A DNA stretch of 64,000 bases from assembly GCA_050953835.1 (NCBI GenBank), contig JBMNNH010000022.1, forward strand, positions 25,502 through 89,501, in the 5' to 3' direction. Below the pieces are notes generated by a model. It was not told where the DNA came from and did no database searches. It saw nothing but the letters and a program-made list of their open reading frames with translations. Positions 9,959-20,655 of the stretch are shown piece by piece. Every line of letters begins with the position of its first letter. Position 1 is the stretch's first letter. The position numbers were made by a program, and so were the translations under genes. The stretch is from Acetivibrionales bacterium. Its GTDB lineage: Bacteria > Bacillota > Clostridia > Acetivibrionales > JBMNNH01.

Positions 9959-11263
9959 TTGGCACATAAAGTAATCATGCCAAAAGCAGGAATGGCAATG
10001 GAAGAGGGAAAAATACTAAGGTGGTTTATTAAGGAAGGGGAATGGATAGAAAAAGGAGACCCACTTCTGGAGATAGAAACTGATAAAGTAAATATGGAAA
10101 TCGAATCAATGGATACAGGTTACCTTTTAAAGATAGTAAAAGGCGAGGGGGAAGTGGTGCCTGTAACTAAAACAATTGGATATATTGGTGAAAAGGGAGA
10201 AATCATTGAGGAAGAGGCAGAAGATGGTACCGGCGGAAAAGTTGCCCAAAATTTGCTGGCGGATAATACAAAAGCTGCTTTGGAAACGCCAAACAGCATT
10301 GGGAAGCTTGAGCAGTCAGCCGGAAAAGTACCAGCTACACCACTTGCAAAAACCTTGGCGAAGGAAAAGGGTATTGATATAAAAGGCATAACAGGAACTG
10401 GAAGCTTTGGAGAAATAAAAGCAAGAGATATAGAAAAGGCTGGAAGAATTAAGGCTACCCCATTGGCGAGTAGGATTGCCAATGACAAGGGCATTGACAT
10501 ATCCTCTATAGAAGGTTCTGGGCACCTGGGCAAGGTGAGGAAAGAAGATATTGAAATATTTGAAAGGCAGGAAGAGAAAGCAGACGCTTTAAGAATTCCA
10601 TTAAAGGGAATGCGGAAGATAATAGCTGAAAGAATGCTAAAGAGCCATACAGAGATACCTACTGTAACGCTGAATGCGAAAGCAGATGTTACAGAGCTTT
10701 ATGAAATCAGGAAACAAATTAACCAGAGCGGAAGAAACAGGATTACTATTAACGACTTTATACTAAAAGCTGCTGCATCGGCACTAAAGGAATCACCATA
10801 CATTAATGCCAGCCTGGAAGGTGATGAAATTGTACAAAAGGAAGAAATAAATATTGGAATGGCAGTAGCCCTTGAAGAAGGGCTTATAGTGCCTGTAATA
10901 AGAAATGCCGATAAACTGTCGCTTAATGATATTTCAAAAAGAGCAAAGGATCTTGCCAAGAGAGCAAGGGACGGAAAACTCAGCCCTGATGAATACAAGG
11001 GAGGAACATTCACGGTAAGCAATTTAGGAATGTATGGCATAGTATCCTTCACGCCAATAATAAACCAACCAGAAAGTGCAATATTAGGGGTATGCAGTAT
11101 AGAAGAAGAGTTAAAAATGATAGGCGGAAAAATTGAAGAAAGGAAGGTCATGGGGCTTAGCCTGACATTTGACCACAGAGTAGTCGATGGGGCCCAGAGT
11201 GCCTTATTTCTGAACAAGATAAAATCACTGCTTGAAAATCCACTGGAACTTGTGATTTTGTAA
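9959..11263 (+). CDS. acoC: dihydrolipoamide acetyltransferase E2 (AcoC-like)
   Basis: It has a lipoyl domain (EIETDKV), two tandem subunit-binding domains, and a catalytic domain with DHRVVDG. The TTG start lies 6 nt after a GGGGGG run. Confidence 0.9.
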   Translation: MAHKVIMPKAGMAMEEGKILRWFIKEGEWIEKGDPLLEIETDKVNMEIESMDTGYLLKIVKGEGEVVPVTKTIGYIGEKGEIIEEEAEDGTGGKVAQNLLADNTKAALETPNSIGKLEQSAGKVPATPLAKTLAKEKGIDIKGITGTGSFGEIKARDIEKAGRIKATPLASRIANDKGIDISSIEGSGHLGKVRKEDIEIFERQEEKADALRIPLKGMRKIIAERMLKSHTEIPTVTLNAKADVTELYEIRKQINQSGRNRITINDFILKAAASALKESPYINASLEGDEIVQKEEINIGMAVALEEGLIVPVIRNADKLSLNDISKRAKDLAKRARDGKLSPDEYKGGTFTVSNLGMYGIVSFTPIINQPESAILGVCSIEEELKMIGGKIEERKVMGLSLTFDHRVVDGAQSALFLNKIKSLLENPLELVIL

Positions 11264-11307
11264 ATATTAGTCGAACAATAGATTTTAGCACATAAGGAGT
11301 GGTACTA

Positions 11308-12684
11308 TTGGCAGAAAAATTTGATGTAGCAGTAATAGGCGGGGGTCCTGCGGGGTATATAGCTGCAATTAAGGCATCACAGCTTGGCGGCAGGGTTGCG
11401 CTGGTAGAAAAGGATGAATTAGGGGGAACATGCCTTAACAGGGGCTGCATCCCTACCAAAACCTATCTGAAGAATGCTGAAATTATTGAAAGTATGATGC
11501 ACTCTTCAGAAAGAGGAATTGGCATAGACACAAAAACATTAAAGATAGACATAAAAAGGACAGTAGAATACAAAAACAGCGTTGTAAAAACTTTGACATC
11601 CGGGATAGCGGGGCTCCTAAAGAGCAATGGTGTAAAAGTATATAAAGGGACAGGGAAGATTACAAAAGAAAGAAAAGTAATTGTCGATGATAAGGAAGAA
11701 ATAAATGCAAATAAAATAATTATTGCCAGTGGCTCAAAGGCAATAAGGATAAACATTCCGGGAATTGAAAGCAGGCATATTCTAACAAGCGATGAGATTC
11801 TTGAATTGAAGGAAATACCAAATAAGCTTGCCGTAATAGGTGGAGGAGTAGTAGGTATTGAATTTGCAACGGCTTTTAATGCTTTTGGGAGTGAGGTAAC
11901 AGTAATTGAGCTTGAAGACAGAATACTTCCATTTATGGACAAAGATATTTCAAATGAACTTACAAAGGAACTTACTACAAAAGGCATAAGAATAATCAAC
12001 TCAAAGAAGATTGAAGAAATAATAGAAAAAAGCGGAAAACTAATGCTCAAACTTTCAGGTAATGAAGAGGTAAAAGCAGACAAGGCGCTTTTATCCATAG
12101 GCAGGTCACCCGATATTGAGGCTCTTGGTGAAGTGAAGGTTTCTATGGAAAGAGGCAGGATAAAGGTTAATGAATATATGGAAACCAGTATAGAGGGCAT
12201 ATATGCACCAGGGGACGTAAATGGAAGGAGTATGCTTGCTCACGCAGCTTTTAAAATGGGGGAAGTTGCAGCGATGAATGCAATGGGGAAAAAGGAGAAA
12301 GCAGACCTGAAGAATGTACCCAGCTGTGTATATACATTCCCTGAAATAGGAACAGTGGGACTCAGTGAAGATAAAGCAAAAGAGAAATACGATGTAAGCA
12401 TAGGGAAATTTCCCTTTGCAGCTAATGGACGTGCTTTGGCTTCAGGAGAGAGGCAAGGCTTTGTAAAGGTTGTAGCGGACAAAAAATATGGTGAAGTTTT
12501 AGGTGTGCATATTATAGGGCCAGGTGCAGCAGAAATGATAAATGAAGCAGCCTCGCTTATGGAAATGCAGATAACCACCCATGAGATATCCGGAATAATA
12601 CATGCGCATCCAACGTATTCTGAAGCATTTATGGAGGCTGCAGCGGACAGTCTGGGTAAATGTATGCATTTGCCGAAAAAGTAA
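11308..12684 (+). CDS. lpdA: dihydrolipoyl dehydrogenase E3
   Basis: It carries a GGGPAGY FAD motif, the redox disulfide CLNRGCIPTK, and a C-terminal HAHPTYSE. AAGGAG at 11294-11299 favours TTG 11308 (MAEKFDVAVIGGG) over the track's GTG 11299. Confidence 0.93.
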   Translation: MAEKFDVAVIGGGPAGYIAAIKASQLGGRVALVEKDELGGTCLNRGCIPTKTYLKNAEIIESMMHSSERGIGIDTKTLKIDIKRTVEYKNSVVKTLTSGIAGLLKSNGVKVYKGTGKITKERKVIVDDKEEINANKIIIASGSKAIRINIPGIESRHILTSDEILELKEIPNKLAVIGGGVVGIEFATAFNAFGSEVTVIELEDRILPFMDKDISNELTKELTTKGIRIINSKKIEEIIEKSGKLMLKLSGNEEVKADKALLSIGRSPDIEALGEVKVSMERGRIKVNEYMETSIEGIYAPGDVNGRSMLAHAAFKMGEVAAMNAMGKKEKADLKNVPSCVYTFPEIGTVGLSEDKAKEKYDVSIGKFPFAANGRALASGERQGFVKVVADKKYGEVLGVHIIGPGAAEMINEAASLMEMQITTHEISGIIHAHPTYSEAFMEAAADSLGKCMHLPKK

Positions 12685-12820
12685 AGCTGAAAAGATAAAT
12701 ATGATAATACCAGTCAACCAGGCTGCAGATAATAGGTTTAAGCCTGATTTATCCTTTGCAAAATGGTGACTGATATTGATAGAGAATGTAATAACTTTTA
12801 TTGGCGAGAAAAGGAAATGG

Positions 12821-12869
12821 CTCCTTCTTAGCATAGATTAACAACACAATGCTTAGGAGGAGTTTTGTT
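12821..12869 (+). terminator. intrinsic terminator ~140 nt downstream of lpdA
   Basis: CTCCTTCTTAGCAT (12821-12834) pairs with ATGCTTAGGAGGAG (12849-12862), giving 13 of 14 positions paired including one G-U. It is followed by TTTTGTT. Confidence 0.7.
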
Positions 12870-13062
12870 ATGGGTATAATGAATGGCCTTAAAAATAGGT
12901 GGTAAGAGGTATTGAAGTAATGTTATTTTATGTAACATAAAATCCATCTTCCTATTTGTAGGAGTAACTTCCACAGTGGGGTGTGATAGGGCTGGAATTT
13001 ACTTTTGCAATTAAGTCGCATTTGTTGTATGCCCCAAGACACAAACATTAACAAAAATTGTA

Positions 13063-13091
13063 TTGATAAAAGCATTTCCTTATGTTATACT
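13063..13091 (+). promoter_or_regulatory. sigma-A promoter upstream of rpsB
   Basis: TTGATA (13063-13068), a 17-nt spacer, then TATACT (13086-13091). Confidence 0.65.
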
Positions 13092-13197
13092 ACTAGACGG
13101 AAAAATACACACATAGCATGATTTGCAGAAGGTTGCCAAAAGGTTTTCTGTCGGGATGAGTGCTATGGAGGTATTAAACAAAAGGAGGTTATTAAAA

Positions 13198-14001
13198 ATG
13201 GCAGTAATTTCTATGAAACAACTTTTAGAAGCAGGAGTTCATTTTGGGCACCAGACAAGGAGATGGAATCCCAAAATGGCAGAGTATATCTTTACAGAAA
13301 GGAACGGTATATATATTATTGACCTTCAAAAAACTGTAAAGAAAGTTGAAGAGGCATATTTCTTTATTAGAGAACTTACAGTAAATGGAGAAGATGTGTT
13401 ATTCGTTGGGACTAAAAAGCAGGCGCAGGATTCAATTAAGGAAGAAGCTGAAAGATGCTCACAGTATTATGTGAATGCAAGATGGCTTGGTGGCATGCTA
13501 ACAAACTTTAAGACTATTCGTAAAAGGATCGACAGGTTGCGTCAGTTGGAAGAGATGGAACAGAATAATATTTTTGATGTATTACCCAAAAAAGAAGTTA
13601 TCAAGCTTAAGTCTGAAATGGAAAAGCTTGAAAAGAACCTGGGCGGGATTAAAAATATGAAGAAACTGCCCGGAGCGATGTTTGTTGTCGATCCAAGGAA
13701 AGAAAGAATTGCAATATTGGAAGCAAGGAAACTTGGAATACCTGTTGTCGCTATAGTTGACACAAATTGTGACCCTGATGAAGTGGATTATGTTATTCCG
13801 GGTAATGATGATGCAATCAGGGCTGTGAAACTGATTGCAGGGAAAATGGCCGATGCAGTACTTGAAGGAAGACAAGGTGAACAGTTTGATAATGAAGAGA
13901 GAGCTGAGGAGACAGAATCAGTTTTAGATTTAAATAATGAAGAAGAAAATGAAGCAGCAGAGGAAGCTGTTGAGGAAGAAACAGAAACAGATGCTGAGTA
14001 A
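13198..14001 (+). CDS. rpsB: 30S ribosomal protein S2
   Basis: [27 protein letters not shown] follows AAGGAGG. The track's upstream extension (13123) has no homology support. The C-terminus has an acidic tail. Confidence 0.95.
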   Translation: MAVISMKQLLEAGVHFGHQTRRWNPKMAEYIFTERNGIYIIDLQKTVKKVEEAYFFIRELTVNGEDVLFVGTKKQAQDSIKEEAERCSQYYVNARWLGGMLTNFKTIRKRIDRLRQLEEMEQNNIFDVLPKKEVIKLKSEMEKLEKNLGGIKNMKKLPGAMFVVDPRKERIAILEARKLGIPVVAIVDTNCDPDEVDYVIPGNDDAIRAVKLIAGKMADAVLEGRQGEQFDNEERAEETESVLDLNNEEENEAAEEAVEEETETDAE

Positions 14002-14009
14002 CAGTAAAT

Positions 14010-14046
14010 CCGGTCTTCAGTCTGAGAAGGCTGGGACCGGTTTTTT
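14010..14046 (+). terminator. rpsB terminator
   Basis: CCGGTC...GACCGG stem (14010-14015 / 14035-14040) followed by TTTTTT. Confidence 0.7.
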
Positions 14047-14157
14047 ATTTAACTTATAAAAGCTTAAAGATAGGCGTTTATTTTTTAATAAATCGGAAAA
14101 TATGTATATAGAAAATATGTATATTATACAAATAAAATAAAGTTTGGAGGAGTATCG

Positions 14158-14805
14158 ATGATTAATGCTAGTATGGTGAAGGAACTTCGTGAGAGAACCG
14201 GAGCAGGAATGATGGATTGTAAAAAAGCTCTAACCGAGGCTAATGGAAATATGGATAAGGCTATTGAGTTATTAAGGGAAAAGGGCCTTGCAGCTGCTGC
14301 TAAAAAATCAGGAAGAATTGCGGCAGAAGGCATGGTTGACGCATACATACACGGTGATGGAAGAATTGGTGTCCTGGTAGAGGTTAATATTGAGACAGAT
14401 TTTGCAGCGAAGAATGAAGATTTTAGGGCTTTTGTGAAAGATATAGCTATGCAGATTGCTGCAAGTAAACCTGAGTATGTAAGCAGGGAAGAAGTGCCAG
14501 CTGAGGTCGTGGAAAAAGAAAAAGAAATACTTAAGGCTCAGGCCTTAAATGAAGGCAAGCCTGAAAAGGTTGTTGATAAAATGGTAGAGGGCAGAATAGA
14601 AAAATTCTATAAGGAAATATGCCTGCTCGATCAACCTTTCATAAAAGATCCTGATAAAACTGTGCAGCAGCTTCTGACAGAGAAGATTTCAACTATTGGA
14701 GAGAACATAAAAATCAGGAGGTTTGTAAGGTACGAAAGAGGCGAAGGCATTCAAAAGAAGGAAGAAAATTTTGCAGATGAGGTTATGAAGCAAATAAATG
14801 GCTAA
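14158..14805 (+). CDS. tsf: translation elongation factor Ts (short form)
   Basis: N-terminal UBA-like [19 protein letters not shown]; 215 aa. Confidence 0.95.
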   Translation: MINASMVKELRERTGAGMMDCKKALTEANGNMDKAIELLREKGLAAAAKKSGRIAAEGMVDAYIHGDGRIGVLVEVNIETDFAAKNEDFRAFVKDIAMQIAASKPEYVSREEVPAEVVEKEKEILKAQALNEGKPEKVVDKMVEGRIEKFYKEICLLDQPFIKDPDKTVQQLLTEKISTIGENIKIRRFVRYERGEGIQKKEENFADEVMKQING

Positions 14806-14813
14806 CTGCTAAA

Positions 14814-14844
14814 GGGAACATATATAAATATGTGTTCCCTTTTA
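14814..14844 (+). terminator. tsf terminator
   Basis: GGGAACA (14814-14820) pairs with TGTTCCC (14833-14839) and is followed by TTTT. Confidence 0.75.
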
Positions 14845-14927
14845 ATTATTTAGTATTAATTCCTATTTATTAACAAGAAATCCAGCAATAAAAAAGGAAT
14901 TTCTGCAATATGTGTAGAAAATAATGA

Positions 14928-15662
<735 letters not shown>

Positions 15663-15715
15663 GTTTTTTTAATCCATATTACCTAATCTATATATAAGTA
15701 AGGAGGATTTTTACT

Positions 15716-16273
15716 ATGGCCAGGAACGAATACGTATCAATTGAGGAAAAGATGAAAAAGACTATTAATGTATTGAAGGAAGAATTGGGAGGGCTGAGAG
15801 CAGGAAGAGCAAATCCGTCTCTGTTGGAAAGAGTGCAAGTAGATTACTATGGGGTTCCAACACCTGTCAGTCAGTTAGGAAACATCTCGGTACCGGAAGC
15901 AAGGCTTTTGGTTATTCAGCCCTGGGATACAAAGATATTGTCTGAAATAGAAAAAGCTATTCAAAAGTCTGATATTGGTATTAACCCAAGCAATGACGGA
16001 AAGGTAATAAGGCTGGTTTTCCCTGTATTAACAGAGGAAAGAAGAAAAGAGTTAACCAAAGTAGTTAAGAAATATGGAGAAGAAGCAAAAGTAGCCATAA
16101 GATCCATCAGAAGAGATGCTATAGATACCTTTAAGAAAATGCAGAAAAACTCAGAAATAACAGAAGATGATTTAAGAACCTGTGAAAAGGATATACAGGA
16201 CCTGACAGATAAATACATTGAAAAGATAGATTCTGTAGTTGAGAACAAGCATAAAGAGATTATGGAAGTGTGA
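15716..16273 (+). CDS. frr: ribosome recycling factor
   Basis: 185 aa with typical RRF sequence ([26 protein letters not shown]). Confidence 0.95.
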   Translation: MARNEYVSIEEKMKKTINVLKEELGGLRAGRANPSLLERVQVDYYGVPTPVSQLGNISVPEARLLVIQPWDTKILSEIEKAIQKSDIGINPSNDGKVIRLVFPVLTEERRKELTKVVKKYGEEAKVAIRSIRRDAIDTFKKMQKNSEITEDDLRTCEKDIQDLTDKYIEKIDSVVENKHKEIMEV

Positions 16274-16282
16274 TATAATATT

Positions 16283-16489
16283 ATGAATATACCTGATGTG
16301 ACAGGTTTTACTCTTGGAGAAGCAAAAGAATTGATTGAGAATGCCGGCATGGAGATTATTAGTATTTCCCTGACTGCTCCTCCCAGGTGCCGGATTAATG
16401 GTGTTGATGATGCCTGCAGGGTAGTAAGAATAAGAGAATGCGAAGAAGGAAAGATAGAATTAATTGTTTGCAATCCCAATATTAGTTAA
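16283..16489 (+). CDS. small single-PASTA-like domain protein
   Basis: 68 aa. IPDVTGFTLGEAKELIENAGMEI matches the start of a PASTA domain. It begins 9 nt after frr and ends at a terminator. Confidence 0.55.
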   Translation: MNIPDVTGFTLGEAKELIENAGMEIISISLTAPPRCRINGVDDACRVVRIRECEEGKIELIVCNPNIS

Positions 16490-16493
16490 GGCT

Positions 16494-16524
16494 TACCCCT
16501 CTTAAATACAGAGGGGTAGTTTTA
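16494..16524 (+). terminator. terminator after frr / small PASTA gene
   Basis: TACCCCTCT (16494-16502) pairs with AGAGGGGTA (16510-16518), then GTTTTA. Confidence 0.75.
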
Positions 16525-16549
16525 TAAGTTCTTTATGGAGGACGCCAAG

Positions 16550-17293
16550 TTGGTTAAATGGTTAATAGGAAAGAGGTTAAAACAGATTGATACAAGTAAA
16601 CTGCCTGTACATATAGCCATCATACCGGATGGAAACGGCCGGTGGGCAAAAAAGCGTGGTATACCCAGAACAATAGGGCATAAGGCAGGTTCTGAAAGAA
16701 TAAAAAGAATTGTAAAATTTTGTGCTGATTTGGGCATAAAATACCTTACTGTGTATGCTTTTTCAACTGAAAATTGGTTAAGGCCTAAAAATGAAGTTGA
16801 TACATTAATGGCACTGCTATTAGAATATTTAAAGAATGCGGAGAAGGAACTTTCCGGTTCCAATGTCCGTATAAGAGTAATAGGAGACATTAATGGATTA
16901 CCGGATGAACTACAGAAAGAAATACCACGTGTGGAGAAATTTACTTCTGTGAATACAGGCTTGAATCTTATTATTGCACTTAATTACGGGGGTAGAAGAG
17001 AATTGCTTTATGCAGTAAAAAACATTGTAAAGAGTGTCCAGATAGGGGAAATTAAGATTGACGAAGTAAACGAAGAAACTGTATCTAACAACCTGTATAC
17101 GAAGGATATTCCTGATCCTGACCTGATAATAAGGACTAGTGGAGAGAAAAGGTCAAGTAATTTTCTTTTGTGGCAATCAGCTTACTCGGAATTCTGCTTT
17201 CCTGATGTACTATGGCCGGATTTTAATGAAAAACATATGCTTGAAGCATTGAAGGAATATATGAAAAGAAACAGAAGGTTTGGGGGAATTTAA
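16550..17293 (+). CDS. uppS: isoprenyl transferase (undecaprenyl-diphosphate synthase)
   Basis: HIAIIPDGNGRWA motif. GGAGG at 16537-16541 favours TTG 16550. The track's ATG 16535 remains possible but has no SD. Confidence 0.9.
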   Translation: MVKWLIGKRLKQIDTSKLPVHIAIIPDGNGRWAKKRGIPRTIGHKAGSERIKRIVKFCADLGIKYLTVYAFSTENWLRPKNEVDTLMALLLEYLKNAEKELSGSNVRIRVIGDINGLPDELQKEIPRVEKFTSVNTGLNLIIALNYGGRRELLYAVKNIVKSVQIGEIKIDEVNEETVSNNLYTKDIPDPDLIIRTSGEKRSSNFLLWQSAYSEFCFPDVLWPDFNEKHMLEALKEYMKRNRRFGGI

Positions 17294-18133
17294 TTGTTTA
17301 AAGTACGAGTTATAAGTGCAGCAGTAGGAATAGCATTGCTGGTGGCAGTAATTTTATCTGGACCAGTAGTCTTCGGAATTGCAATGTCTTGTGTAGCAAT
17401 GATTGGATTATATGAATTCTACAAAGCTGTTCACTTTGCAGGATTCAGGCCTGTTAGGATAGTGGGGTACATATTCTGCCTTCCGCTGTTCCTAATCAGC
17501 TTCAGAGTGGGTTACAGCTGGTTGAGGAATTTAAATACCTTTCCGGGACTTATTGAATTTCTTGCTTTTGGCCTGTTTATCGTGCTGGTATTGCTTTTTT
17601 CAATGATAGTGTTTCTGCATAAAAGATATAATATTTCAGATATTGCCCTTACTTTGTTTGGACCTGTATATGTGGCGTTCCTTTTTTCTTTTTTAATTTT
17701 GACAAGAAACTTTGAAAATGGAATGCTTTTTGTTATACTTATTTTTATTGGAGCATGGGGTACCGATACATTTGCTTACTTCACAGGAATGTTTGCGGGC
17801 AAAAGAAAGGTGCTTCCGGCAATAAGCCCTAAAAAAACCGTTGAAGGCACAATAGGAGGAGTTATTGGAACTGCACTGTCAACGGTAGTATATGGAATTT
17901 TTGCTATTAATAAAGTATATAATATACCTTTATATCATTTTGTTTTAATAGGTGCTTTAAACGGAGTAGTGTCCCAGATTGGTGACTGGGGAGCTTCGGC
18001 AATAAAGAGGTATGCAAAAATAAAGGATTATGGTGGAATAATGCCGGGACACGGAGGTGTGCTGGACAGGTTTGATAGTATACTCTTTACTGCTCCAATC
18101 GTATATTTTTACTATATATTTGTTTTAGTTTAG
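17294..18133 (+). CDS. cdsA: phosphatidate cytidylyltransferase
   Basis: Signature SAIKRYAKIKDYGGIMPGHGGVLDRFDS in a polytopic membrane protein with a TTG start. Confidence 0.92.
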   Translation: MFKVRVISAAVGIALLVAVILSGPVVFGIAMSCVAMIGLYEFYKAVHFAGFRPVRIVGYIFCLPLFLISFRVGYSWLRNLNTFPGLIEFLAFGLFIVLVLLFSMIVFLHKRYNISDIALTLFGPVYVAFLFSFLILTRNFENGMLFVILIFIGAWGTDTFAYFTGMFAGKRKVLPAISPKKTVEGTIGGVIGTALSTVVYGIFAINKVYNIPLYHFVLIGALNGVVSQIGDWGASAIKRYAKIKDYGGIMPGHGGVLDRFDSILFTAPIVYFYYIFVLV

Positions 18134-18168
18134 CGAAATGATATATTTGGCAAAAAAGGAGTAAGGTA

Positions 18169-19323
18169 ATGAAAAAAACTATATCAATATTAGGTTCTAC
18201 AGGGTCAGTAGGAGTTCAGACTATAGATGTTGCAAGGAATTTAAACCTGAAAATAGCCGGACTGACAGCTTATGAGAATATTGACCTGCTTGAAAAACAG
18301 GCACGTGAGTTTCATCCTAAAGTAGTTGCTATAGCTGATGAAGGCCTTGCAGAACAATTAGAATTCAGGCTGCGTGACCTTGAAACAAAAGTATATAGTG
18401 GTGTAGAAGGTTTAAAAAAAGCTGCTTGTATCGAAGAAGTAGATACCGTTGTGGTGTCTGTAGTGGGTATAGCAGGACTAATCCCTACACTTGAAGCAAT
18501 AAGGAACGGTAAAAATGTTGCACTGGCCAACAAGGAAGTTTTGGTTTCAGCAGGCCACATAATAATGCCGGAAGCAAAAAAGAACAATGTTCTGATTCTA
18601 CCGGTTGACAGTGAACATTCGGCTATTTTCCAGAGTTTAATGGGAAATAGGAATAAAGATATTGAAAAAATCATATTGACGGCATCAGGCGGACCTTTCC
18701 GCGGAAGAAGCCTGGATGAAATGAGATATGTAAGTGTATCTGAAGCTTTGAAGCACCCAAATTGGAGTATGGGGAAAAAAATAACTATTGATTCAGCAAC
18801 ATTAATGAACAAAGGGCTTGAGGTTATTGAAGCCCGATGGTTTTTTGATGTGTGGACGGATCAGATTCAGGTACTGATCCATCCTCAGAGTATTGTCCAT
18901 TCCATGGTTGAGTATGCCGACGGCTCTATAATATCTCAGATGGGTCCATCCGACATGCGCATACCTATTCAATTTGCATTGACTTATCCTGAGAGGAAGG
19001 GAAACTGGTTTGAACGGCTTGATTTCCTTACTTGCGGGAGTTTAACTTTTGAAGAACCCGACTATGAAGCATTTCCATGTTTAGGATTGGCTTTTGAGGC
19101 GCTGGAAAAAGGCGGAACCATGCCTGCTGTATTGAATGCAGCAAATGAAGAAGCTGTCAGGCTGTTTCTTGATGGAGTGATAGGCTTTTTAGACATACCG
19201 GCTATCATTAGAAGAGTAATGGATATGCATTCTATGAATATTAACCCATGCCTAGATGATATAATAGAAGTAGATAAGTGGGCAAGGCAAATAGCCGTTG
19301 GATGTTTGAATCTAAAAAAATAA
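18169..19323 (+). CDS. dxr: 1-deoxy-D-xylulose-5-phosphate reductoisomerase
   Basis: ILGSTGSVG NADPH loop, LANKE, DSEHSAIFQ and NKGLEVIEA motifs. Confidence 0.95.
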   Translation: MKKTISILGSTGSVGVQTIDVARNLNLKIAGLTAYENIDLLEKQAREFHPKVVAIADEGLAEQLEFRLRDLETKVYSGVEGLKKAACIEEVDTVVVSVVGIAGLIPTLEAIRNGKNVALANKEVLVSAGHIIMPEAKKNNVLILPVDSEHSAIFQSLMGNRNKDIEKIILTASGGPFRGRSLDEMRYVSVSEALKHPNWSMGKKITIDSATLMNKGLEVIEARWFFDVWTDQIQVLIHPQSIVHSMVEYADGSIISQMGPSDMRIPIQFALTYPERKGNWFERLDFLTCGSLTFEEPDYEAFPCLGLAFEALEKGGTMPAVLNAANEEAVRLFLDGVIGFLDIPAIIRRVMDMHSMNINPCLDDIIEVDKWARQIAVGCLNLKK

Positions 19324-19352
19324 ATCTTCATCAGTAGTAACAGGAGGTTTTT

Positions 19353-20651
19353 ATGCAGATTGTTTTAGCTATACTTGCATTGAGTTTTTTAATAATTATA
19401 CACGAATTTGGACACTTTGCAGCAGCAAAAATCGCAGGCATCAAGGTTCTTGAGTTTTCGCTGTTTATGGGACCTAAGCTGCTGAGCAAAAAATGGGGAG
19501 AAACAGAGTATTCTATAAGAATGGTACCTATTGGCGGTTTTGTAAGGATGGAAGGTGAGGAAGAAGCATCCGATGATTCAAGGGCATATAATAAACAACC
19601 TTTATATACCCGGGCTACTGTCGCTATAGCAGGTCCTTTCATGAATATATTCACCGCTGTGATTATTTTCTCCATAGTATTTTCAATTGTTGGATTCAGA
19701 ACTACCCAAGTTAATATTCTTGGAGAAGGTATGGCGGCAGAGAAGGCAGGTTTGCAGATTGGTGACCAAGTAGTAAGCTTTGGAGGGAAAAGGGTATACC
19801 ATCCAATGGACATAGAACTTTTTATGTTTGTAAACAAAGAAAAGCCCTCAGAAATTGAGTATAAACGTGGAAGCGAAATCCGGACCACTACAATAATTCC
19901 AGAGAGAATACTGGCTCAAAAAAGATATATACTTGGTTTTGTGGCAAAGGAAAATGAGGGGACGGAGTCCAATGTTGTCGGGAATATTGTTCCGGACTCA
20001 AATGCCGGAGCAGCAGGATTGCTCCAGGGAGACAGGATAGTTGCATTAAACGGTACACCTGTTTCCAGCAAAGGGGAAATAGGGGAGTTCATGGAACACA
20101 ACGGGGGAGAATCAGTAAAAGTCACCGTGCATAGAGATGGACAGGGCAGTGTAGAATTGACAATAGAACCTACCTTAAGCGAAACACCTGAGTACTTCAA
20201 TATCGGAATGGATTATGCCACCATAAAAGGTGGACTGTTTGAAGTAATCAAAGCATCACTTGTATACACATATTCTACTGTCAGGAGTGTATTCTACAGT
20301 ATAATATGGCTTATCACCGGGACGGTGTCATTTAAGCAGATGATGGGGCCTGTAGGCATCGTAACAACCATCGGAGATGTGGTTGAACAGAGCCCGAGCA
20401 TAACACTTTTAATCTTAAGCCTTCTGAATATAACCGGATTCATTAGCATAAACCTTGGCGTTATGAACCTCATGCCCTTCCCAGCGCTTGATGGAAGCAA
20501 GCTTCTTTTGATTGGTGTGGAGGGTATAAGAAAAAAAGCCATTCCGCCGGAAAGAGAAGCGCTTATTTCCCTTGTTGGTTTTGTGGTTTTGATAATGTTT
20601 ATGATTTTTACAACCTATAATGATATAGTGCGAAGATTTGGCGGGGGATGA
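19353..20651 (+). CDS. rseP: RIP metalloprotease RseP
   Basis: HEFGH zinc motif at the N-terminus, PDZ regions, and NLMPFPALDGS near the C-terminus. Confidence 0.92.
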   Translation: MQIVLAILALSFLIIIHEFGHFAAAKIAGIKVLEFSLFMGPKLLSKKWGETEYSIRMVPIGGFVRMEGEEEASDDSRAYNKQPLYTRATVAIAGPFMNIFTAVIIFSIVFSIVGFRTTQVNILGEGMAAEKAGLQIGDQVVSFGGKRVYHPMDIELFMFVNKEKPSEIEYKRGSEIRTTTIIPERILAQKRYILGFVAKENEGTESNVVGNIVPDSNAGAAGLLQGDRIVALNGTPVSSKGEIGEFMEHNGGESVKVTVHRDGQGSVELTIEPTLSETPEYFNIGMDYATIKGGLFEVIKASLVYTYSTVRSVFYSIIWLITGTVSFKQMMGPVGIVTTIGDVVEQSPSITLLILSLLNITGFISINLGVMNLMPFPALDGSKLLLIGVEGIRKKAIPPEREALISLVGFVVLIMFMIFTTYNDIVRRFGGG

Positions 20652-20655
20652 TTTT

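Noticed and set aside
12870-12905. 11-codon micro-ORF (MGIMNGLKNRW*) with an apparently perfect AGGAGG SD 7 nt upstream, ending in Trp. It is tempting as a leader peptide given the TRAP gene in this window.
   Set aside because: The supposed SD is the 3' arm of the lpdA terminator hairpin (12849-12862), and the ATG lies at the end of its T-tract. No downstream gene is arranged to be attenuated, so it is most likely coincidental.
13123-13197. N-terminal extensions proposed by the ORF track: rpsB from 13123, spoIVA from 35662, pfkA from 44082, mtrB from 43489, amidase from 50167, SorC regulator from 6925, DUF2085 from 29269, membrane protein from 49148, and the small gene on the minus strand extended to 32859.
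   Set aside because: In each case a downstream start has a proper SD and matches the conserved family N-terminus, and the extension reads through promoter, terminator or upstream-gene sequence.
14096-14123. 13-nt direct repeat GAAAATATGTATA x2 (14096-14108 and 14111-14123) upstream of tsf.
   Set aside because: This is a short, low-complexity AT repeat in a promoter-like region. It is plausibly just overlapping -10-like sequence, and there is not enough evidence for a distinct element.
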